Origin: Nanobdellota archaeon
GTDB taxonomy: Archaea > Nanobdellota > Nanobdellia > JAAOXT01
NCBI GenBank assembly: GCA_018221045.1
Contig: JAAOXT010000024.1
Span: 1-62,443, forward strand
Direction: 5' to 3'
Length of the DNA: 62,443 nucleotides
Shown: positions 1-7,895 of the stretch, in pieces
How the letters are laid out: the number at the start of each line of letters is the position of its first letter
Position numbering within the stretch: position 1 is the stretch's first letter
Notes under the pieces: model-generated
What the model saw: only the letters and a program-made list of their open reading frames with translations
The model's database searches: none
What the model was told of the DNA's origin: nothing
Made by a program: the position numbers and the translations under genes

Positions 1-584
1 AACTCTTTTTCTTTGTACGCGAAACGAATCGTTGATAAAACTCCCTTCTTTATCTGCAAGGAAGACCACTTATTCCTCAACAAGTCCTGAAACGAGTTAA
101 TACCTGTGTTGTGAAAACCTCCATACTTTTTAACCTGGTACTTCACGTGGTCCTCACTAATCTTTGAAGCCCCGACAAAACCCTTAACCCAATCAATGTT
201 CCTCCGAATCTTCTCACAATTATCTTTGCCGTAAACAATGAAATCCACATCTTTTTTTAAGGGAAAACCGATAAGCGCGGAACCCATAATCCCTACGTTA
301 TCCCCCCCAACAATTTTGGAAAGAGCGTTCCCCATTTTTTTCCAAACCCCTGACAAAAAATGTTTTTTCTTCCTAAAACAATTTTTTGGACAAAACCTGT
401 TAACAATTGAAGAAGGGTTTATTTCCTCAAGAATAAATCTCGTACTAACCTTGTCATAATGTTTTCCAGTCAACGGGTTAAACCTCGTACTTCCCGGCTT
501 AAAAACCAAGGTTCCCATCATTTTCCAGTAACCGTGAAGTATCCAAAAACTATGGTCATCAAGTTGAACGTAATCGCAGTCCAT
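1..584 (-). CDS. Nucleotidyltransferase-fold protein (COG1665-like), partial; runs off the left edge
   Basis: Not in the ORF track. Manual translation from ATG at 584 stays open to position 1: MDCDYVQLDDHSFWILHGY...VGIMGSALIGFPLKKDVDFIVYGKD... The GS-x-LIG...DxD motif is the Pol-beta-type NTase signature. Overlaps the 3' end of the kinase gene by 26 nt. Confidence 0.65.
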   Translation of the reverse strand, partial: MDCDYVQLDDHSFWILHGYWKMMGTLVFKPGSTRFNPLTGKHYDKVSTRFILEEINPSSIVNRFCPKNCFRKKKHFLSGVWKKMGNALSKIVGGDNVGIMGSALIGFPLKKDVDFIVYGKDNCEKIRRNIDWVKGFVGASKISEDHVKYQVKKYGGFHNTGINSFQDLLRNKWSSLQIKKGVLSTIRFAYKEKE

Positions 585-1149
585 TCAATTCCTCCACAAT
601 TTTTTTCACTGTTCGATTCGAGTTATTGTTCTTGATTATGACAAAACCATTTTTTTTGGCCTGCTTTGTCAAGTGTTGGTTGATGATTTGGATTACATCG
701 TAATGTTCTGTGAAAAGGTTGTGAGGGTTCGTTCTTTTCCTGTTTTTTAAGTGCAGGCGTGAACGATGGGTTTTTTCATCGTTCACCAGAAAGAACCCGA
801 TTTTTTCTCCAACGATTTTTTGAAAGACTCGAGGGGTGGCTTGAACTCCTTCAACGATCACCGTCTGCAATCTTTGTCGCGACAAGTTCGCCAATCCTGC
901 AATCCATGGTTCGAAGAAGTCCACGCAGTACTTAAATCCTTTCAACACGTTTTCTCTCGTTTTTTCCCCGAACAACCTCCACGCTTGGTGGGATGCCATG
1001 TACGCGTGCTCGTCGTGTTCTAAGTAACGGAAGACTTGTTTGAGAAAATCTGTTTGAATGATTTCTTCAACCGCTAGCTTGGCGGCGAGCTTGTGAGCAA
1101 CAGTCGTCTTCCCTGTTCCAGGTATTCCGTTGATGAACACTACAACCAT
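559..1149 (-). CDS. P-loop kinase, 2-phosphoglycerate kinase-like (COG2074 family)
   Basis: Walker A GIPGTGKTT, followed by IQTDFLKQV and VIVEGVQ, typical of 2-PG kinase / mevalonate-3-phosphate-5-kinase-like proteins. Confidence 0.7.
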   Translation of the reverse strand: MVVVFINGIPGTGKTTVAHKLAAKLAVEEIIQTDFLKQVFRYLEHDEHAYMASHQAWRLFGEKTRENVLKGFKYCVDFFEPWIAGLANLSRQRLQTVIVEGVQATPRVFQKIVGEKIGFFLVNDEKTHRSRLHLKNRKRTNPHNLFTEHYDVIQIINQHLTKQAKKNGFVIIKNNNSNRTVKKIVEELNGLRLRST

Positions 1150-2337
1150 TTAGTTTTGCGGGGAATAAGTGTTGAGCAACAAGCTTTTCAAGTCCCGTTG
1201 CTTAACGCACCTCCTAACAATTTTTTGCTTGAGTTTTTTTTGTCTTTCCAGTTTAACGCGTTCACAAACCTTTCCGTTCATTCGTGACGCGGGAGTCCCA
1301 GGTCTTTCTGAGTACTGGAAAATTTTTGCTTTATCGAATTTCACTTCATCAAATAATCGCATTGTTTTTTCAAAGTCTCGCCTCGTTTCTCCTGGAAAGC
1401 CGACTATCACGTGAGTGTTGAACTTTAGATTCGGATTTTTGTCACGAATAGAATTCAATTTTTTCACGATTATTTTAGGAGTATAATCCCTACCCATTTT
1501 TTTCAGTATTTTTTTGCTTCCGCTCTGGATGGGAACAGTGATTAAAACAATTTTTTTTGAGTTTAACAGTTCTTCCAGTTCATCAAATCTTTCGAGTGCT
1601 AAAGGATTGAACTCTGTGATAACTAAGTGAAATTCTTGGTCATGTGAAAGAAGAGAGTCTAACAGTTCAACAATGGTTTCGTCGTTGTCCCAACCATAGA
1701 CTCCGGTGTCGTCCGCGTTCAACGAGAAGACTTTGTAACCCTTGGAAAGTCCTTTTTTGAATTCTTCAATCACTTTCTTTACTGGCTTGCTCTTGAGTTC
1801 TCCTCGAGCGAATCGTTCAGAGCAGAAAGTGCATTTGCCCAAGCACCCGTCACTAATTTTTAAGTGAAAGACTTTTTCTTTATCATACAAGTAAGTGAAA
1901 TAAGCGTCCTTGAGAAAAAACCTGTTGAACCATTTAATGGTTTTGCACGTAAAGTTTTGTTTGCGCTTCACCACGTGACCGGGTTTTATGGAATACATTT
2001 TTAACCCAATCCTTTTTGCGAAGCGTTCAAGACTTGAGCCCGCGGCGTAGCCGCCAGAATGAACTTTTTTTAACTTATTTTTTGCTGTTACTGGCAGGCA
2101 TCCGAAAACTATTAGTTCTTGATCTTCTCGCAGGGACTGGTTTGTTTTTTTGATTCGTTTAAGCGTTTTCTGCTCAATTCTTTCAAGGAAGTTGCAAGAA
2201 TTCATGAAGACCCTGCTCGCTTCTCCGACTTTTTTTTCTTGCCAGCCATTCTTTTCTAAAAGTTGTCTGGCTTCTTCTCCGAAAAGTTTGAGCCGAATGC
2301 ACACGTTCTCGTTGACCATTGAGAAAGTTTTGCTCAT
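1150..2337 (-). CDS. MiaB-like radical SAM methylthiotransferase lacking the C-terminal TRAM domain
   Basis: UPF0004-type N-domain Cys residues (VCIR, NSC, FGC), CLGKCTFC radical SAM motif, IQSGS, IVGFPGET, YSERPGTPA; the protein ends shortly after the radical SAM core. Confidence 0.8.
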   Translation of the reverse strand: MSKTFSMVNENVCIRLKLFGEEARQLLEKNGWQEKKVGEASRVFMNSCNFLERIEQKTLKRIKKTNQSLREDQELIVFGCLPVTAKNKLKKVHSGGYAAGSSLERFAKRIGLKMYSIKPGHVVKRKQNFTCKTIKWFNRFFLKDAYFTYLYDKEKVFHLKISDGCLGKCTFCSERFARGELKSKPVKKVIEEFKKGLSKGYKVFSLNADDTGVYGWDNDETIVELLDSLLSHDQEFHLVITEFNPLALERFDELEELLNSKKIVLITVPIQSGSKKILKKMGRDYTPKIIVKKLNSIRDKNPNLKFNTHVIVGFPGETRRDFEKTMRLFDEVKFDKAKIFQYSERPGTPASRMNGKVCERVKLERQKKLKQKIVRRCVKQRDLKSLLLNTYSPQN

Positions 2338-2353
2338 AAAATAATAATACAGT

Positions 2354-2374
2354 TTTAGTTTTATTATAACTAAA
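2354..2374. promoter_or_regulatory. 21-bp inverted repeat (candidate operator) in a divergent promoter
   Basis: TTTAGTT-TTATTAT-AACTAAA, perfect 7-bp arms, 17 nt from the methylthiotransferase start. AT-rich, so chance occurrence is possible. Confidence 0.4.
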
Positions 2375-2441
2375 TGATAGAAAAACTATAACACCATACG
2401 ATAATGCTTTTAAATATTGAGAATCTTTGATTTTTTCGGGA

Positions 2442-3290
2442 ATGGTTTTATCTCAAGATGATGAGGACAAGATTCTGGTTTTTGTTAAAGGACAGCCCAG
2501 AACCATTCAGGACATAGCTATTTTTATTGGCAAAAGCTGGTTGACTGCTGACTCTTATGTTAAGAAAATTAAGGATAAAACGGGTTTGATTAACGTGAAG
2601 AAGTTTAGGGGAGGAACTCGGGGCGCGTTGAAAATTGTTTACTGGAATTATTCTGAATCCATTGAGAACGACGATATTCGTAAGAACTTGTTTGAAAACA
2701 TTAAGTTCGGTAAAGTCAAGACGGATTTTGACCCTTTTGATGTGTATCAGTACGCGCCTGACAATAAGAAAAAATCTTTTATCGAAGAGTATAAGGAGGT
2801 TTTGAAGAGTGAGAAGCAAGGCCTTATTCCTTTACTGCGGCAGGTGGAGAAAGAGTTGTACAGTTTTTCGGGGAACATTTCTTGGATTAACATGGTTGAG
2901 AAAGGTAAGGGTGTTGTTGATGAGTTGCGCGACTTGTTTGAGCGAGGGGTTCGAGTGAAGGTTTTGTGCAGGGTTGACGTAGCTTCTTTGAAGAACATTG
3001 ACCGTTTGAAGAAGTTGTGCGAGGAAGTGGGTGGGGGGAGCGTGGAGGTCAGGCATTGCCGCCAGCCTTTGCGAGGTTTCGTGTTTGATGATAGGATGGC
3101 TCGTTTCGTGGACAATAAGTTTGTGAAAGATTATAAGGAGGGCGAGTTGAGGAAGAACGTCCGAATTTTTTACGACATTTTTGATGAAGGGTGGGTGGAT
3201 TGGCTTCAGAAAGTGTTTTGGGAGTTGTACCGTCATTCCATTCCTGATAAGAAAAGATTGGAGCAATTATCCAAGGTTATGCTTTCTTGA
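2442..3290 (+). CDS. TrmB-like transcriptional regulator (N-terminal HTH plus PLD-like effector domain)
   Basis: N-terminal QPRTIQDIAIFIGKSWLTADSYV HTH; C-terminal VRVKVLCRVD...VEVRH...RGFVFDD resembles TrmB/PLD-like domains. Start moved to ATG 2442. Confidence 0.6.
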   Translation: MVLSQDDEDKILVFVKGQPRTIQDIAIFIGKSWLTADSYVKKIKDKTGLINVKKFRGGTRGALKIVYWNYSESIENDDIRKNLFENIKFGKVKTDFDPFDVYQYAPDNKKKSFIEEYKEVLKSEKQGLIPLLRQVEKELYSFSGNISWINMVEKGKGVVDELRDLFERGVRVKVLCRVDVASLKNIDRLKKLCEEVGGGSVEVRHCRQPLRGFVFDDRMARFVDNKFVKDYKEGELRKNVRIFYDIFDEGWVDWLQKVFWELYRHSIPDKKRLEQLSKVMLS

Positions 3291-4197
3291 GAAAGTCTTT
3301 CAGTTCTTTGATTAGCTTGATTTCAGTGGAGTCAATTCCTTTTAAGTTGGCGAGTTCGTGGCTTATCCATCCGCCTTTCAGGTTCACGAACAACGCTTTT
3401 GTTAGTTGGTTACATCCGACCGCGCGTATTTCTATGATTTCTTGGCCAACTCTTTCCAGGAATTCCTTTGTTTTTTGAAATCTTTGCTTCATTCTTTCGG
3501 ATTCGTTCCCTGTAACCAGCACGACTTGGGAATTAGGGTTGGGTGTTTCCCAAGCGCTTATCTCGTTGTGATTCATTTCCGGAAGCTCTTCTGCTTTAGC
3601 AGAGCTTTTCGCGTTCTCGTTGAGTTGTGACTTGAAACCCGTGGCAACGCTTGACAAGTATCCTGAAGAGTAGATAATCACGTTTTTTCCCAAAAGTTTT
3701 CGCGAAATCTCTTTTGCCCCGTCACGAGCTTTTTTTAGTGCTTCAAAATCAACTCTTTCCTCGTGCCCTAACATTTTTAGTAAAGGTATGAGCATTAGTG
3801 GCAGGGCCGCGCGGGGTTGCAAGCCTGGTTTGACCGCAATGTTTTCAGGGCTTTCCAGTGAAAGAGTTCCTCCAGAGCTTATGGTCACGACGTTGCATTT
3901 CTTGTCAAGTGCTTGTTTGAACGCGCTGACTGTTTCTTCAGTGTTTCCTGAGTAACTAACACATATTATTAACGTGTTTTGATCCGCGAAGGCTGGCAAG
4001 TCGTACGAGTTAACAAGTGCTATGGGTTTGTCATAAGAATTTTCTAATATTCTTTTAGCTGTTTTGCCTACAAGCCCGCTTCCACCCATCCCACATATTA
4101 CAACGTTTTTTGGTTTGAAATCAAGCTTTGGAACAGACGTGTTTTCTGCTTCTTCGCATAGCTTCAGGTATTGTTCTAGCGCTTCAAGAATGTTCAT
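3277..4197 (-). CDS. Bifunctional phosphoglucose/phosphomannose isomerase (SIS domain)
   Basis: GMGGSG, SYSGNTEET, GLQPRAA, QLNENAK and LPEMNHNEI motifs. Confidence 0.9.
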   Translation of the reverse strand: MNILEALEQYLKLCEEAENTSVPKLDFKPKNVVICGMGGSGLVGKTAKRILENSYDKPIALVNSYDLPAFADQNTLIICVSYSGNTEETVSAFKQALDKKCNVVTISSGGTLSLESPENIAVKPGLQPRAALPLMLIPLLKMLGHEERVDFEALKKARDGAKEISRKLLGKNVIIYSSGYLSSVATGFKSQLNENAKSSAKAEELPEMNHNEISAWETPNPNSQVVLVTGNESERMKQRFQKTKEFLERVGQEIIEIRAVGCNQLTKALFVNLKGGWISHELANLKGIDSTEIKLIKELKDFLKKA

Positions 4198-4264
4198 TCA
4201 GAAAACCGTGAGGAGGGTTTGGGTTATAAAGTTTTATTAAATCCTGAGTACATTAATCGGGTGC

Positions 4265-5041
4265 ATGGGTGTTAAGATTCATTATGAGGTTAAAGGAAGG
4301 GGGCAGCCCGTTCTTTTCATTCACGGGTACGGCGGGTCCACTATAACGTGGAAGAGACAGGTCCCATTTTTTTCTAAGAATTACAAGGTGATAAGCATTG
4401 ATTTGCGAGGTCATGGCAAATCCGATAAACCTAGAAATTATGTTTACACGTTGGATAAAATAGTTGAAGACGTTCACAAACTTATTAAGAAGCTTGATGT
4501 TAAGCCCGTCGTGGTCGGAGTATCTCTTGGAGGGATTATCAGCTTGATGTTGGCCGCCAAGCATCCGCGTTCAGTTAAAGCAATTGTGGTTGTGAGTAGT
4601 GTTATGAAGTCCACGCAGAGAATCATGAATGATTTTATGAAGAGGGCTTTGACCGATTTTGAAGTAAACATGTTGAAGAAATTATTAGGTAAGAAGATTA
4701 AGATAAATCCTAATAAGACTTTGACTGACATTTCTTGGCGTGACCGCAAATTGTTGAGCAAAATTGTTTTTAATACTGCTATAGAGGCAAAGATTCAGCT
4801 GGTTCTTGAAGTGTTAAACACAGATTTGACTAAAAGTGTTAAAAAGATTAGTGTCCCTGCTTTAATTGTTTATGGAGAAGATGACTGGGTTCCTAAAAGT
4901 CAGGCAGAACTCATGCACAAACTCATTAAAGACTCTCGACTCGTGGTTTTGAAGAATGCTGGTCACATGCTTCCTTTCCAATCTTTTAAGCGTTTTAACA
5001 AGTTGCTGGACGGTTTTTTAACTCTTAATTACAGCACCTGA
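4265..5041 (+). CDS. Alpha/beta hydrolase
   Basis: HGYGGS, DLRGHG, nucleophile elbow GVSLGG, GEDD acid, AGHML histidine. Confidence 0.9.
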   Translation: MGVKIHYEVKGRGQPVLFIHGYGGSTITWKRQVPFFSKNYKVISIDLRGHGKSDKPRNYVYTLDKIVEDVHKLIKKLDVKPVVVGVSLGGIISLMLAAKHPRSVKAIVVVSSVMKSTQRIMNDFMKRALTDFEVNMLKKLLGKKIKINPNKTLTDISWRDRKLLSKIVFNTAIEAKIQLVLEVLNTDLTKSVKKISVPALIVYGEDDWVPKSQAELMHKLIKDSRLVVLKNAGHMLPFQSFKRFNKLLDGFLTLNYST

Positions 5042-5564
5042 AAGGTTTTTCCGCAACGTCTGACGCCACGGTTTTCGCGCTGCAAGAACCGATTCCTTGC
5101 ACTATATTGCCAAAACCTTCGGTGAACACCCACTCCCCTGTTTGATCAACTTCGTCCGGTTCATTGTTTTCGGTAACGTTTAATAAAGTTTCACAACCTT
5201 TCGCGTGCTGCACGTCAGTGCACAAAGCTTTACTTGCGCGCGAGCACAGAGCGATTGCTTGTTTGTAAAGCACTTTTTGCCCATTGTTGAACCTATTATT
5301 ATCAACGCAGTAACTGTCAGCGCTTCCAGGACTTCCCACTATAGTGCTTCCTGAAGGGCAGCTAATGGGTCCTAAGAAATTCATTATTATCACGAAACCT
5401 ATGGTAAAGCTTGCCACGATTATGATTGCTAGGTATAGCACGCCTTTCTTGACTTTTTCCGATTTTTCGTCCAGTTCTTTGAGTTGTTGTTCAGAGAGTT
5501 GTGGCTTTTCTTTGGGCTCGAAGTCTTCGTCCCAAGGGTTTTCGCGAATGGGTCGTTCAACCAT
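5025..5564 (-). CDS. Single-pass membrane protein with a Cys-rich, FGE-sulfatase/C-type-lectin-like domain
   Basis: TM segment GVLYLAIIIVASFTIGFVIIM; YCVD...AIALCSRASKALCT...GEWV...PFRCC pattern. Confidence 0.5.
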   Translation of the reverse strand: MVERPIRENPWDEDFEPKEKPQLSEQQLKELDEKSEKVKKGVLYLAIIIVASFTIGFVIIMNFLGPISCPSGSTIVGSPGSADSYCVDNNRFNNGQKVLYKQAIALCSRASKALCTDVQHAKGCETLLNVTENNEPDEVDQTGEWVFTEGFGNIVQGIGSCSAKTVASDVAEKPFRCCN

Positions 5565-5653
5565 TAAGCTTTGAATTATGTTTTTACTTACAAAAAAAGG
5601 TTTTGGTATGGTTTTCGACGGTTTTAAAAACCATTGCGCCTTTTGTTTTTTTT

Positions 5654-6310
5654 ATGTTTCCTGCTAAGTATCGCAGACAATTACTGGAAGAGTTAATTGA
5701 AGAGTTAGGGCCAAGCGTGGTTTTAGACGTGGGTTCGGGCAGCGCGGATTATTTGGTTAGCGCGGCTTTGGCTAACCCGGACTCTTTTTTTGTCGCGGGC
5801 GATGTTGAGTTAAGCAAGACGTCCAGTCCAGTTAACTTATGTTATGTTAAGGCAGACGCTAAACAATTACCTTTTCCCGATGAGTTCTCGGATTTGACGT
5901 CATGTTTTGACGTTTTTGACTGGGTTTTGGCTCAAGAAAAGGGTTATAATATTTTAGGGGAGTTGAACCGCGTGACGGGGAATAATTGTGTTTTGGGGCC
6001 GTTGCACCCGTCTCTTGGAATGCTCCCAAATGATTCAGAGGAGTTGAAGGAGATAGTAGAAGAAGCTTCTAGTTTGAAGCGTTATTCTGCTGGGTTTGGA
6101 AGGGTTTGCGAGAAGATTAAAGATTTGATTGAGGCCCCGGTTGAAACAATTTTGGAAGACCATGGTTTTCGCGTTCTCAAGTGTTTTCCTGACCGTTTCA
6201 AGAATTTTTACTCGCTTGAGAAATTCAAACCCGCGCCAACGACCAGACAGTTAGTGAAAACAAGTCTTAACGCGACCATGATAACCCAACTGCAAAGAGT
6301 TCTAGAGTAA
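5654..6310 (+). CDS. Class I SAM-dependent methyltransferase
   Basis: VLDVGSGS motif I, ADAKQLPFPDE. Start moved to ATG 5654. Confidence 0.7.
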   Translation: MFPAKYRRQLLEELIEELGPSVVLDVGSGSADYLVSAALANPDSFFVAGDVELSKTSSPVNLCYVKADAKQLPFPDEFSDLTSCFDVFDWVLAQEKGYNILGELNRVTGNNCVLGPLHPSLGMLPNDSEELKEIVEEASSLKRYSAGFGRVCEKIKDLIEAPVETILEDHGFRVLKCFPDRFKNFYSLEKFKPAPTTRQLVKTSLNATMITQLQRVLE

Positions 6311-6369
6311 AGCAAAGCCTGTTTAAACCTAAACTTTTATAAATCATCATTTTGAGAGAGTGATTTATC

Positions 6370-6570
6370 ATGACTTTTCATTGGAGAAAACGAATTAAAG
6401 ACGCTCGAAGACTAAGAAAGAAATTAGGAGAGAATAAGAGAAACCCTAGAGGAAGGCCCAAACAAAAAATCAGGATATGGGAAAAAGACGTTAAGAAAGA
6501 AGAAGTTAAAAAAACGGTGAAGAAAAAACCTGTAAAAAAAACACAAGGCGAAGAAAAGAAAGTCAAATAA
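6370..6570 (+). CDS. Small, highly basic protein with an AT-hook-like PRGRPK motif
   Basis: 66 aa, Lys/Arg-rich; own TATA-like TTTTATAAA and GAGTGA SD-like sequence upstream. Confidence 0.6.
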   Translation: MTFHWRKRIKDARRLRKKLGENKRNPRGRPKQKIRIWEKDVKKEEVKKTVKKKPVKKTQGEEKKVK

Positions 6571-6689
6571 AAATTTTTTGTTTCTTAACAAGAGATTAAT
6601 TCTTAAAACAAAAACAAATATCTGGTCTTTGCGAGGAAGAGGTCGCTGGTCTAAAACTATAAAAACATGGAAAAACAAATAAAGTGTTC

Positions 6690-6941
6690 ATGGCAGGAAT
6701 ATTCAAAGACAGACCATTATACACGGCAATATTCTACATAGCAGTTTTCCTAAGCCTAGGCGTCCTAGGAATAGTCGGGTTCTACGTACTACTCAACGAT
6801 AAAAGAGATGACGTAAGAAAACTGGGAATGCTAATAATCGTGTTCAGCCTAGCGTACAAGCTCATAGAACTTTTAGTCGGGGGCACGTGGATAAACGCTT
6901 TCACCGCTTGGAAGACTGGGATGATGGGCGCGCTCGTGTAA
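6690..6941 (+). CDS. Small membrane protein
   Basis: Two hydrophobic segments; ATG at 6690. Confidence 0.55.
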   Translation: MAGIFKDRPLYTAIFYIAVFLSLGVLGIVGFYVLLNDKRDDVRKLGMLIIVFSLAYKLIELLVGGTWINAFTAWKTGMMGALV

Positions 6942-7395
6942 AACCAATCCAATCTTTTTTTTCTTCCCAAATTTTTTCAAAACCCAGTCGCGCTAAGCGC
7001 TCTTTAGACCAATTCTTCTTAAGCACGCTAAAAACCAGGTTCCCGCCAACCCGTCTCGCCTCGCGAACCACTCTTTCGGGATCGGGCACGTCCTGAAGCA
7101 ATGAAAGACTGACAACCCAATCAAAAACATTATCCTTGAACGGGAGTGAATGAGCGTCCCCGCAAAACCTTTTTCCACTCGCACGCAAAAGCATTGCTTT
7201 GCTCAAATCCAAACCCACCGCGTTAAGCTCGCGAAGCAGGAAACCAGTGCCGCAACCTAAGTCAAGCACGCGACCACAAACCCTAACCCGTTCTTTCACG
7301 AAACCCCACTTTTTCCCCTGCTCAACCCCGTAAAGACGATTATAAGAAGAACTAATCGCATCATAATACTTCATTGTTTTCTGCACGAGTTTCAC
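6901..7395 (-). CDS. Class I SAM-dependent methyltransferase (Methyltransf_11-like)
   Basis: VLDLGCGTG, GLDLS, GDAHSLPFKDNVFD. Confidence 0.85.
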   Translation of the reverse strand: MKLVQKTMKYYDAISSSYNRLYGVEQGKKWGFVKERVRVCGRVLDLGCGTGFLLRELNAVGLDLSKAMLLRASGKRFCGDAHSLPFKDNVFDWVVSLSLLQDVPDPERVVREARRVGGNLVFSVLKKNWSKERLARLGFEKIWEEKKDWIGFTRARPSSQSSKR

Positions 7396-7434
7396 GAAAA
7401 AACATTAATAACCCTAACTTAAATAATTAATCAA

Positions 7435-7845
7435 ATGAAATACCGTTTTCTAGAGCACACCGCGGACGCAATGGTAGACGCGTACGGCAAAACGAAAGAA
7501 GAAGCTTACTCTAACGCGGGCCTAGCTCTCACCAGCATCATGACGGACCCGAAACTCGTGGAGCCCAGAATCATGCACAAAATCAAGGTAAAAGCAGAAG
7601 ACGACGAATCCCTCCTATTCGAGTTCCTAAACGAAATACTATACTTGTTCGAAACCAAAGGACTCGTGTTCAGCAAATACAAAACCAAGATAAAAGGTTA
7701 CGAGCTGAAATGCACTGCCAGCGGAGAAAAATTCAATCCTGGAAAACACGAACCAGAAAACGAGGTGAAAGCAATCACTTACCACCAAATGAGCGTCAAA
7801 AAAAAAGGAGACAAGTGGGTTGCAAGAGTCGTGTTTGACTTATAA
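7435..7845 (+). CDS. Archease (RtcB activator)
   Basis: YRFLEHTAD N-terminus, EVKAITYHQM, ARVVFDL C-terminus. Confidence 0.95.
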   Translation: MKYRFLEHTADAMVDAYGKTKEEAYSNAGLALTSIMTDPKLVEPRIMHKIKVKAEDDESLLFEFLNEILYLFETKGLVFSKYKTKIKGYELKCTASGEKFNPGKHEPENEVKAITYHQMSVKKKGDKWVARVVFDL

Positions 7846-7895
7846 AAAAGAAATCGAAACTATTAAAACCACGAAAACTTTTTTTTATAAACACG

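Noticed and set aside
6578-6682. 34-aa basic ORF from TTG (LFLNKRLILKTKTNIWSLRGRGRWSKTIKTWKNK)
   Set aside because: Weak start, no SD, and no match to L39e/L41e patterns I recognise; cannot be supported without homology or expression data.
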